Assembly: GCA_963817895.1 (NCBI GenBank)
Contig: CAWFQB010000003.1
Location: 448,001-512,000 of the forward strand
Direction of reading: 5' to 3'
Source of the DNA: an uncultured Chthonomonadaceae bacterium
GTDB lineage: Bacteria; Armatimonadota; Chthonomonadetes; Chthonomonadales; Chthonomonadaceae
Length of the DNA: 64,000 nt
The position numbers and the translations under genes were made by a program. The notes beneath the pieces are model-generated. The model worked only from the letters and a program-made list of their open reading frames with translations. It ran no database searches and was not told where the DNA came from. This document shows, in pieces, positions 1-9,302 of this stretch (its first letter is position 1; each line of letters begins with the position of its first letter).

Positions 1-729
1 CCGGCCCGCTACATCGGCATGCAGGTCGTCGAAGACACGCCTTGCGAGGTCATTGAATTAATCGGACACAAGCAGACGATTCGCTGGTACATCGGCCCCG
101 ACAGCCAACTGCGGCGTATCGAGGAAACCCGGCAGCAGTATCTCTACCCAATGTCCACCGCGCCTGTCACCACGCGCATCTTTTCGCATTTTCGGTGGAA
201 CCCTGCTCTGCCCGACAGCGAATTCGTGTTTCATCCGCCCGCCAAAACCGAACCGGGAATAAATAACAAAGCTCGCGCGGTTCCGCTCGGCTGGCAGGTT
301 CCTCCATTTGTCCTTCCGCAATGGCATGGCAAGCCTGTCAGTATGGCCGACGCGCTGAAAGGCAAGAGGGCGCTGTTTTTATTCTTTTCCGCCGGTTGAA
401 TCTGCTGCACGGAGGAGTTGCCTCACGTTCAACAGTTCGCGGATCGGCTAAAAACGCAAGGTGTCGCTGTCCTCATAGTTACCCCTCCGAACGGAGTGGG
501 AACCGCGAGAACCTGCATGACAGCCCACAACGTAACATTGCCCCTGCTTATCAGCGATGATCGCGCATCGGAGCGCTTCAAAGTCGTGTCTTCACCGGGG
601 GCTTATCTTTTGGACGCTAAAGGAAGGGTTGTCTGGACGGATGTGAATCGAACCAATACCCTGTCTACAGCCTTATCTCGTCTGGGAATAGCTATCCCGC
701 CGCCTGCTGTTAAGAGCCTGTCCCCATAG
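1..729 (+). CDS. LolA-like plus TlpA/AhpC-TSA redoxin domain protein, probable selenoprotein (in-frame TGA 397-399); 5' end outside the window
   Basis: Frame open from base 1; ORFs 19-399 and 418-729 share a frame; read-through gives LFFSAG-U-ICC-TEELP, matching the FWATWCxxCxxEMP redoxin motif; later SPGAYLLDAKGRV fits a thioredoxin-fold cis-Pro strand. Confidence 0.75.
409..428 (+). promoter_or_regulatory. putative bacterial SECIS hairpin
   Basis: ACG-GAGG [AGTTG] CCTC-a-CGT; the apical loop follows the UGA after a 16-nt spacer and has G at loop position 2. Confidence 0.55.
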
Positions 730-846
730 ACAGGGATTGAAAACACCCGGCCTGTGAGGATAAGCTCTAAACAACCTTTTCCATCTTCTCGGTCGTTTTA
801 TTTCTGAGAGCGCGACAGTCTGGCAAGCATCCTTATATTGTTCACG

Positions 847-1542
847 TTACGCCTGCTCACCGGATATGGCAGACGGTTCGGCAGGTGTTTCGGATGGCAA
901 AGGCATACTCAGAGCGGAAAAGGGCGGCGGCGTGGGCGCGACGACAACGGGCGGCCACACAATTTTGGCCTTGCCCTTGATGGTCAGCCGTCCCGGTTCG
1001 CATTTGATCTCGTCCAGCCGGACGGAAACAGGCAGTTTCGCTAAATCCAGCGTGAGAATGCGGTGTACATGCTGTTCGATTACTTCCAGAACCGGGGCGG
1101 GAATGGTAATGCCCACCCGCGCCGATTGAAAATCCAGTCGCACCCGCGTGCCGTTGTCCACCACCGCGATGCCTTCCAGCGTAAACGGCAGGCTCAAAAC
1201 AGACTTGACAAAGAGGCCGGTAATCCGCGCTTTGCCGGACAACAGCGACAATTTCACGCCGCGAACAGGCGCGTCCGGGGGCATGTTGGCGGCAAGCAGG
1301 CGGTTCAGGTTCGGTTCGGTCATCATGGCGGTGAATTTGGTTTCGACCACGCTGACCTTCGTAATCGGTTCCTCTTCACCCGCTAATTTATGCGATTCAA
1401 AGGCGATCTCCGTGCCGTCCAGAAACACCTCATCAAGCAACAGGTCTTCGCGCAACTGCACCTGCTGTAAGTGTATCTGCGCGCCCCCCACCTTAAACTG
1501 AACGTCCTGTTTGCGCGCGGGCGCGACTGCCGTTGCGGTCAT
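847..1542 (-). CDS. DUF2993/LmeA-like (TULIP-type) protein
   Basis: beta-rich ORF with 'MTEPNLNRLL' and 'LTIKGKA' pattern; GGGAG RBS before ATG 1542. Confidence 0.55.
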   Translation of the reverse strand: MTATAVAPARKQDVQFKVGGAQIHLQQVQLREDLLLDEVFLDGTEIAFESHKLAGEEEPITKVSVVETKFTAMMTEPNLNRLLAANMPPDAPVRGVKLSLLSGKARITGLFVKSVLSLPFTLEGIAVVDNGTRVRLDFQSARVGITIPAPVLEVIEQHVHRILTLDLAKLPVSVRLDEIKCEPGRLTIKGKAKIVWPPVVVAPTPPPFSALSMPLPSETPAEPSAISGEQA

Positions 1543-1558
1543 AAGCAACTCCCGTTTC

Positions 1559-1652
1559 TATTGACGATTTTCGATTGCCGATTGTGGATTGACGGTTGAA
1601 AAACCCTCTTCTGTATTTTCTCTTCCCTCTTCCCTCTTCCCTTTTCCCTTGC
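1559..1652. repeat. two heptamer arrays, (GATTNNN)n and (TCTTCCC)n
   Basis: gattttc gattgcc gattgtg gattgac; tcttccc tcttccc tcttccc ttttccc. Confidence 0.85.
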
Positions 1653-1699
1653 CTGTGGATTGTACGTTTGTTGCTCGCGCCGCGTTTCATCGGTTGATG

Positions 1700-1708
1700 T
1701 GGTATACT
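1700..1708 (+). promoter_or_regulatory. extended -10 promoter
   Basis: TG-g-TATACT. Confidence 0.45.
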
Positions 1709-1930
1709 ATCTATAACTACACTCCAGGTATATTTTTCGATATGCCCGGATTCGCTTTCTTCAAATACGCCGGAGGACGAACCCTTTATCTCGCGCGCAT
1801 TGTGTACCGGCGCGTTGAGCATGGGGGTTTTTGTATTTCTGGAAAATGAGAACGCGAACACTACTTGCGCCAGGCTCTGCGCGGGGGCATGTATCGCCCC
1901 GCAAAAGCCTGAGAAAGCAGAGGCAGTCTT

Positions 1931-2170
1931 ATGTCCACCACTCCAGACCGTTCCAGCAAGCTCGCGTTTACCAGCCGGTGTGTGCCGGGTTCGGCAGCAG
2001 AACAAGAAGAAACCGAACGACTCGCCGAATTCCAGCGCAACAAGGCGCTCCGTTTGGCGCAGGAGGAAGAGAGCCGGCCTGAAGAAGAGGCGCAGCGCGA
2101 AAAAACCTTTCAGGACGACCGCGAACGGCTTTCCAAGAAGCGGACAACGACGTACCACGTTCCGCGCTGA
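1931..2170 (+). CDS. small charged coiled-coil hypothetical protein
   Basis: GAGG RBS; E/R-rich 79 aa ORF. Confidence 0.55.
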   Translation: MSTTPDRSSKLAFTSRCVPGSAAEQEETERLAEFQRNKALRLAQEEESRPEEEAQREKTFQDDRERLSKKRTTTYHVPR

Positions 2171-2205
2171 CAATTGGCGCGGCCTGAACGGTCAGGAACT
2201 GTCTC

Positions 2206-2910
2206 ATGTCCGAAACCAACGACGGCAACAATCAGGAAGCCCCTGATACGGCAGGACAGCCCAAGCAATTCTGGCCGCGCGAGCCATTCAGCGGGCTTTC
2301 ACATCTTGTGGGCGCGTTCCTCTCTGTTTTGGGACTGGTTGCGCTGCTGATACTGTCGCGGGGCAAGCCCTGGCACACGCTTGGCTTCGCTATTTACGGC
2401 AGCAGTCTGATTCTGCTGTACATGGCAAGCGGATTGTACCATAGCCTGCATGTATCCGAACGGCGGCTCAACGCGCTGATGCGTTTCGACCACAGCGCGA
2501 TTTTCCTGCTGATTGCCGGAACCTACGCGCCCCTGTGTCTGGTTCCCCTGCGCGGGGCATGGGGCTGGAGTTTGCTTGCAGCAGAGTATCTGTTGGCCGC
2601 GCTCGGCATCGGCTGCGTCTTGTTATTCAACGGCAAGCCGGAATGGGCGCGCGTCGCGCTGTATGTCGGCATGGGGTGGCTGGCCCTGATTGCCCTGCCC
2701 TCCCTGTGGGCGGCCCTGCCTCCCGGCGCGGTGTGGTGGCTGGTGGGCGGCGGCGTATTATATACGGTGGGAACCGTATTCTATGCTACCAACTGGCCGC
2801 GTTTGTGGCCGGGAAAGTTCGGTGCGCACGATCTATGGCATGTGTTTGTATTGGGAGGCAGCGCGTGTCACTTTGTTTTGATGCTTTATGTGTTAGGGAG
2901 TAGGGAGTAG
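2206..2910 (+). CDS. trhA: hemolysin III / PAQR family membrane protein
   Basis: EPFSGLSH, SGLYH, DHSAIFLLIAGTY and HDLWHVFVLGG motifs; about 7 TM. Confidence 0.9.
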   Translation: MSETNDGNNQEAPDTAGQPKQFWPREPFSGLSHLVGAFLSVLGLVALLILSRGKPWHTLGFAIYGSSLILLYMASGLYHSLHVSERRLNALMRFDHSAIFLLIAGTYAPLCLVPLRGAWGWSLLAAEYLLAALGIGCVLLFNGKPEWARVALYVGMGWLALIALPSLWAALPPGAVWWLVGGGVLYTVGTVFYATNWPRLWPGKFGAHDLWHVFVLGGSACHFVLMLYVLGSRE

Positions 2911-2983
2911 GGGTTAGGGAGTAGGAAAAGCGTTGTTCCACTTGCGCATTATTCTACTCCCTACTCCCTGACCCCTACTCCCT
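2894..2983. repeat. mirrored heptamer inverted-repeat element, (TAGGGAG)n / (CTACTCC)n
   Basis: arms 2894-2925 and 2954-2983; left arm contains the stop codon of the hemolysin III gene. Confidence 0.9.
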
Positions 2984-3006
2984 GCGTAATAGAAAGGGGT
3001 TGCCTA

Positions 3007-3213
3007 ATGGCATCCGGAGAAGTTCCTGTTGTTTGTCCGCAGTGTCAGCATCGGGCCAGTGTGCCTGTTGCCGCCGTCAAGCGAGACAACTACTATTGTG
3101 GAAAATGTTTTGAGCGTATTCCGATGGTTGGAGTACGCACATTCAGTTCCGAAGGCGACAACCGCTCCGTTGCGGCGCGTCCCAAGAAGAGCAGCAAAGT
3201 TCACCGCCGCTAA
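3007..3213 (+). CDS. small zinc-ribbon protein
   Basis: CPQC...CGKC and basic tail; AAGGGG RBS. Confidence 0.65.
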   Translation: MASGEVPVVCPQCQHRASVPVAAVKRDNYYCGKCFERIPMVGVRTFSSEGDNRSVAARPKKSSKVHRR

Positions 3214-3636
3214 CAGCGCAACTAAACATAAGAGTCACACCCAACAGTGAATACTCGCCGCAGCAACCCGGATTAAACTCAGGTTTCTGCGGCGGTTGCG
3301 CTTTGGGATTGCCGCGTACAGGCGCGGGGAACAATAGCGGAGTGTATCGCGTCCTGCCTGCTTCTACCTGCCTCATTCGTCTTAGTTTCGCGTAATACCT
3401 GCGCAAGCATTTGTTGCAAACTGTGGCGAAACCCATGATTTTAGTGTAGAATAGACGTATAGAAAGCCGAAGATAAGGCTATGGCTGCCTTTGCCGTCTT
3501 CACAGACCGGGATTGGCAGGGGCTTTGTTGTTTGCGGGCTGTCCACACTCGCTACTCCTTTCCGACTGCTTCAAGAAGACAGTGATATGGCGTTCGAGAT
3601 AATTATGGACTGGAACGCCTTTCTGGAACCGGCATC

Positions 3637-5409
3637 ATGCAAAATTTCGCGCGTTTTTTAAAAGAGCTTCGCCCCTACTGGCGCGTCATGGCGGTTGTCA
3701 TTGTCCTTACCCTCCTTACCGCCGCGCTCTCCCTCCCCCCGCCTTACATCCTGAAGTACCTGACCGACAGCCTTTCCGACGCGCATGTTCGGGCGAACTG
3801 GCGCGTTCCTCTTGCGCGGGTATTTATCATCCTTGTCGCGCTGTCTACTACCAGTTCGTTTGTCGGATACTGGCTGTCATACGCCGTCACCTATCTCGGC
3901 CAGCGCTTCAAGTACGACATGCGGCGCAAGCTGTACACGCACATCCAGTCGCTGTCGCTTGGTTACTTTGAGAAAGCCTCCACCGGCAAATTGATGTCCA
4001 ACATCACCAATGACGTGGCCTCGCTCGACCAACTTATCGGCGGCAGCTTCGTGACGGTTTTGCAGGATGTGGTGATGCTGGTGAGCGCGTTGGGATTTCT
4101 GCTGTATCTCAACTGGAAGCTCGCCCTGATCGCTCTGGCCGTGTATCCGCTGTACATACTCAACTACAAGCTGTTTATCGGCAAAATCAAACTTGCCAGC
4201 CACGAGGTGCGGGAACAGCGCGAAGTTTTATACGGAGATTTACAGGAAAAACTGGCGGGCGTCCAGGTGGTGCGCTCGTATGCCCGCGAACGGGCGGAAG
4301 TGCGGGCGTTCGCCGGAGAAACCCGCAACCTGCTCGGCCTGAACGTCCGCATGACCGCGTATTCCACCGCCCTTGTCGGCATGTCGGAATTTATCGCCAG
4401 CGGCTGCGGAACCGCTCTGCTGTTGTGGTACGGCGGCAGGGCCGTGATGCGCGGCGAAATGACGCCCGGTTCCCTGATCGCCTTTTACGGCTATATGGGC
4501 GGCTATGTGTATCAGCCCACGCAGCGTCTTATCCAACTCAATGACCAGATTGCCCGCGTGAACACGGCCCTGTGGCGCATCTTCACCAATCTGGACACCA
4601 AGCCCAATGTAGAGGACAAGCCCAATGCCGTTGTCCTGCCGACCGTTCGCGGCGATGTGCGCTACGAAGACATCTGGTTCGGCTATGAGCCGGACCACCC
4701 TGTTCTGAAGGGTATCAATCTGGACGTAAAAGCGGGGCAGATGATCGCGTTCGTCGGGCAGTCCGGGTCGGGCAAGACCACCATGATCAACCTTTTGCAG
4801 CGGCATTACGACGTGCAGGAGGGGCGCATCACGATTGACGGGCATGACGCGCGTGACGTCGAATTGAAATCGCTACGGCGCCAGGTGGGCGTGGTGATTC
4901 AGGAAACCATTCTGTTCAATACTACGATTCGGGAAAACATCCGCTACGGCAAACTGGACGCTGACGATCAGGAAGTAGAAGCCGCGGCCCGTTCCGCCAA
5001 CATCGCCCATGTCATCGAAGCCCTGCCGCGCGGGTATGACACCAAAATCGGCGAGGATGGAACCAAACTATCGGGCGGCGAAAAACAGCGCATCGCCATT
5101 GCCCGCGCCATTCTGTCCGACCCGCGTATCCTGATTCTGGATGAAGCGACCAGCGCGCTTGACTCGGAAACCGAAGCCCTGATACAGGAAGCGCTGGATC
5201 GGCTCATGGCGGGACGCACCAGTTTCGTGATCGCGCACCGCCTGTCCACGATTGTGAAAGCGGACAAAATCGTCGTCATGGAAAAAGGCGTGATTCTGGA
5301 AGCCGGAAGCCATGCCGAACTGCTGGCGCTGGGCGGAAGCTACGCCGGCTTATACAATCAGCAATTCAAGGTAGCTTTGGAAGGGCATGGGGTGGCAGCC
5401 GGTGGTTAA
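3637..5409 (+). CDS. ABC exporter (type IV) permease/ATPase subunit
   Basis: TMD plus GQSGSGKT, LSGGE, ILDEA, AHRLST. Confidence 0.95.
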   Translation: MQNFARFLKELRPYWRVMAVVIVLTLLTAALSLPPPYILKYLTDSLSDAHVRANWRVPLARVFIILVALSTTSSFVGYWLSYAVTYLGQRFKYDMRRKLYTHIQSLSLGYFEKASTGKLMSNITNDVASLDQLIGGSFVTVLQDVVMLVSALGFLLYLNWKLALIALAVYPLYILNYKLFIGKIKLASHEVREQREVLYGDLQEKLAGVQVVRSYARERAEVRAFAGETRNLLGLNVRMTAYSTALVGMSEFIASGCGTALLLWYGGRAVMRGEMTPGSLIAFYGYMGGYVYQPTQRLIQLNDQIARVNTALWRIFTNLDTKPNVEDKPNAVVLPTVRGDVRYEDIWFGYEPDHPVLKGINLDVKAGQMIAFVGQSGSGKTTMINLLQRHYDVQEGRITIDGHDARDVELKSLRRQVGVVIQETILFNTTIRENIRYGKLDADDQEVEAAARSANIAHVIEALPRGYDTKIGEDGTKLSGGEKQRIAIARAILSDPRILILDEATSALDSETEALIQEALDRLMAGRTSFVIAHRLSTIVKADKIVVMEKGVILEAGSHAELLALGGSYAGLYNQQFKVALEGHGVAAGG

Positions 5410-6463
5410 GCGCAGCGTACTCTCACTCTTTACCCTCGCTTTGTCTTTGCTGCTCCTGCCGATGGGATGCCGCCACAAGGCTGCGCCGCTACAGCAGCGC
5501 GTGTTCGCGGGCCATGCCAACTACATCAACAGCGTGGCATTTTCGCCGGATGGCAAAACACTGGCGACGGCAAGCGCAGACCACGACGTGAAACTGTGGG
5601 ACACGGCAACGAGTAAGGAAACCCATTCGCTCGGCGGGCATACGGAAGTCGTGTCGCAGGTTGTTTTTTCGCCGGACGGCAGGATACTGGCGAGTTCAGG
5701 ATGGGATCACACCGTTCGGCTGTGGAACCCGGACACGGGAAGCCTGCTGCGCGTCCTGACCGGGCCGAGTTTAGCCGTGCTATCCATCGCCTTTTCACCC
5801 GACAGCAAGCGCATCGCGGGCGGAAGTTCCGACCACACGGTTACAATATGGGACGCCCAGACGGGCAAACCGCTGAAAACGCTGGAGGAGTCGGAAAACC
5901 CCGTCGCGTTCTCGCCGGACGGCAGTTTGCTGGCAGTGGGAAACGAAAACCACACGATGAAAGTTTGGAAAGTCCCACAGGACAAGGGCAAGGCCGCGAG
6001 GTGGGAAATGCTGCATACGCTGGCCGGTCACACGGAATCTATTATGTCTGTCGCGTTTTCGCCGGATGGCAAATGGGCAGGCACGGGCAGCGCGGATACG
6101 GACGCGCTGTTGTGGAACGCCGTGAACTGGCAAGAATCGGATCGCCTGCGGCTGCATCTCGGATGGGTGCGCTCCGTAACCTTCACGCTTGACAGCAAGA
6201 TGTTTCTGGCGGGCGCGGGCCACGTCGTTCAATTTTATGATTCCCAGACCGGGAACATCCTGAAAACGCTGCAAACGCCCTTCGATATCGTTACGGGCAT
6301 CGCGCTTTCCCGCGACGGCAACCAGCTCGCCATTGCCGGAACCTTCAAATCGTCCGCCGATCCCGCCGAAGTGGGCAAGCAACAGGCGGATACGGATGCC
6401 GCCGACAGGCAAATGGAAAAAAAGGCGATCATTTATACTGTCAGCGACATTTTCGCGCAGTAG
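5387..6463 (+). CDS. WD40-repeat lipoprotein
   Basis: LLLPMGC lipobox-like; repeated GH...FSPDG...WD. Confidence 0.9.
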   Translation: MGWQPVVKRSVLSLFTLALSLLLLPMGCRHKAAPLQQRVFAGHANYINSVAFSPDGKTLATASADHDVKLWDTATSKETHSLGGHTEVVSQVVFSPDGRILASSGWDHTVRLWNPDTGSLLRVLTGPSLAVLSIAFSPDSKRIAGGSSDHTVTIWDAQTGKPLKTLEESENPVAFSPDGSLLAVGNENHTMKVWKVPQDKGKAARWEMLHTLAGHTESIMSVAFSPDGKWAGTGSADTDALLWNAVNWQESDRLRLHLGWVRSVTFTLDSKMFLAGAGHVVQFYDSQTGNILKTLQTPFDIVTGIALSRDGNQLAIAGTFKSSADPAEVGKQQADTDAADRQMEKKAIIYTVSDIFAQ

Positions 6464-6486
6464 TTGGAGAGTTTGGGAGCTAGATT

Positions 6487-8242
6487 GTGGATCAGTTTCG
6501 ACGATTATTAGGCTATTTACGCCCCTATCGCAAGCGCGTCGGGCTGGCGGTCTTCCTGCTGCTGTGTCAGGCGACCACGCCCGTTATCATGCCCAAACTG
6601 CTGCAATACGCGCTTGACGACGTGTTGCCGCATCATCGCTACGGAACGCTGAACTGGATCGGAATCGGCATTTTCGCGCTGTACGCCCTGCGCGGCGTGA
6701 TCTCTTTCGCGCTCAACTATATCATCGGCTGGCTGGGGCAGCGCATTGTTTTCGATCTGCGCTTTCAATCCTATCGCCACCTGAATCGCCTGTCCCTCGC
6801 CTACTACGACACGCGGCAAACGGGCAAAATTATCTCGCGCCTGATGAGCGATATTGACTTTATTCAGCAGATGATTTCTGGCAACTTTGTGCAGTTTATG
6901 GCGGACTCGATGAGCGTGATTATCGTGCTTGCCATGCTGTTCAATATTCAGTGGCGGCTTGCCCTTGTCGCCCTGATAGCCATCCCCTTTTATGTGCTGA
7001 ACTACAAGCTGTTTATCCGCCACATTCGCCCCATCAGCGAGGAGTTGCGCGAAAAATGGGACGCCCTTCTCGGCATGTTGCAGGAGAAGTTGACGGGCAT
7101 CAACGTTGTGAAAGCGTTTGTGCGCGAGGATTATGAAACCGAAAAGTTCATGGGAACCGTGATGGACAATTTCACGCTCGGCATGAAGCAGATGAAGATG
7201 AACCGGCGCTTGCAGGGCGTGGCACAGGTGATACGCGGCATCGGAACCGGCCTGGTGCTGTGGTACGGCGGCGCGTTGATATTGCATCGGTATATGCGCA
7301 TCGGGGAACTGATCGCTTTCAACGCCTTAATCGCGCAATTGTACGACCCGGCTGTACGCATCGTGGACTTTAATGTGCAGGTGCAATGGACGGGCGCGGC
7401 GATTGAACGCATATTCGAGACGCTGGACACGCGCCCCGAAATTGTGGACGCGCCCAACGCCGTGACCATCAAGCAAATGGCGGGCGCGGTGGAGTTCCAG
7501 AACGTGTCGTTCGGCTACGATCCGAATCTATCCCGTGCTGCACGACATAGATTTGAGGGTAAATCCCGGCGAGATTATCGCCATTGTCGGACCGTCCGGC
7601 GCGGGCAAAACAACCCTCGTCAATCTCATTGCCCGTTTTTACGATGTGAATCAGGGGCGCATACTGGTGGATGGAACCGATTTGCGGCAGGTGCGGTTGG
7701 AATCGGTGCGGCGTCAGATCGGCATCGTCAGTCAGGAGAGCCTGCTGTTTTCCGTCTCGTTAAAAGAGAACATCCGGTACGGCAAGCCGGGTTCGACGGA
7801 TTTGCAGATATTGCAGGCGGCCAAAAACGCCGACATGCACAACTTCATTATGAACCTGCCGCACGAGTACGATACGAAGATAGGGGAAGACGGCATCAAA
7901 TTATCGGTAGGCCAGAAGCAGCGCATGAGCATCGCCCGCGCCACGCTTACCGACCCGAAAATCCTGATTCTCGACGACGCGACAAGCGCCTTAGACAGCA
8001 AAACGGAAGCGAATGTGCAAGCGGCTTTAGAACGATTGATGAAGGGCAGAACGTGTTTCGTGATCGCGCACCGGCTTTCCACGATTATGAACGCGGACCG
8101 CATTGTGGTTATGGAATTGGGCCGAATTGTGGATGTGGGAACGCACGACGAACTGGTAGCGCGTCCCGGCGTGTACCAGAAACTCTACAATGAGCAGTAC
8201 CGCAGCGCGAGAGAAGAGGCCATGGAAGCCCTCTTCGCGTAA
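6487..8242 (+). CDS. ABC exporter partner subunit (one +1 indel near 7531, probable read error)
   Basis: TMD in 6487 frame joins NBD of 7535-8242 (GPSGAGKT, LSVGQ, ILDDA, AHRLST) at 'GYDPNL/PVLHDIDL'. Confidence 0.9.
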
Positions 8243-8393
8243 GTTTCTTTCAGCCGCAAACACTCTCGCATAATTTTCGCTCTGCCATCTGCCAAACCAG
8301 ACGCTCTGCTCCGCCCTGCATAGGAAGGAGCGCAAACTGGAGCCAGCAAGTTGCTGCGGGCAAACGAAGTTGAAAAGCGCCTGAAAAACCAAC

Positions 8394-9119
8394 ATGGGAG
8401 ACAATGCGGTGTCGCAGGAGAACACAGATCAAAACGGTTCTCATGAGAGTTCCAGGCCCGAACTGCATGAAAGTTCCATTGAGAATGTTGAATATGGTGT
8501 CTACGAGGATTCTCATGAGAGTTCCATTCCAAAACGGCGTGTAGCCGTCGTGCCTTTCATCGCGGCTCTGGATTACGACGCCGAGTTTCACGCCAGACGG
8601 GGCGAAGCGCCGCCGCCCGTTGTGCCGGAGGCCGCCTTCCGGAAAGCGGTAAGACAGCGCACAATCGCGAGGGTATGGGGAACAGCCCTGATGCTGCTTG
8701 TTGGGGGATTGCTCGTCCGAACCGCAATCTATGCCTACACCGATACGCGCGCCTACATCGCTGGACAACCGCAGCATATAGAAACATCGGAGGACTCCGT
8801 CAATGCTCCGACGGTCATCATCCCGCGTGTTGTACCGTCCATGTACCCTTTGCCGGCAGATTGGGAGCGAGCCACGCTGTTCAAGTATACGTATTTGCTG
8901 CTGGGGATGGGTGTTTGCAGTTACCTGGGCATCACGGCCCTGTACCGCGCTCAAAACATAGAAACCGGTGTGCCTGATACGGAGCAGTTGCCCCTTGTGG
9001 AAATAGTAGCCTATCTTCCCTCTGAACTTGCCAACCCAAAATCACCTGTTCCGCCCCGCCCGGATAGGAACGGGGAAGAGAACCCTGCGCCGCGCTCATC
9101 TCGTCCGCCCGCTGAATAA
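8394..9119 (+). CDS. hypothetical two-TM membrane protein with N-terminal HESS repeats
   Basis: two hydrophobic helices; three HESS units. Confidence 0.55.
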   Translation: MGDNAVSQENTDQNGSHESSRPELHESSIENVEYGVYEDSHESSIPKRRVAVVPFIAALDYDAEFHARRGEAPPPVVPEAAFRKAVRQRTIARVWGTALMLLVGGLLVRTAIYAYTDTRAYIAGQPQHIETSEDSVNAPTVIIPRVVPSMYPLPADWERATLFKYTYLLLGMGVCSYLGITALYRAQNIETGVPDTEQLPLVEIVAYLPSELANPKSPVPPRPDRNGEENPAPRSSRPPAE

Positions 9120-9187
9120 AGGTAAACAACTTCGACCACACGGACACCTATCTCAGTACGCGCTAACAGAAATAACCTGCTTCAACA

Positions 9188-9231
9188 CAAAAACGCCTGC
9201 ATGTCCTTTTCAGAACTTGCAGGCGTTTTTG
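9188..9231. terminator. bidirectional intrinsic terminator
   Basis: caaaaacgcctgca...tgcaggcgtttttg between convergent genes. Confidence 0.75.
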
Positions 9232-9302
9232 ACGTTACAGATATAGAACTATCAGCGCGAACCGGCGAGTAGTTGGAGGTAGCGAGACTAGCCACCAGCC
9301 AC

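Noticed and set aside
397..399. TGA as Trp or Gly (alternative genetic code)
   Set aside because: Many genes here end properly on TGA (for example ATGA overlaps at 20542 and 30288, glcD, apt), and this TGA aligns with a Cys column.
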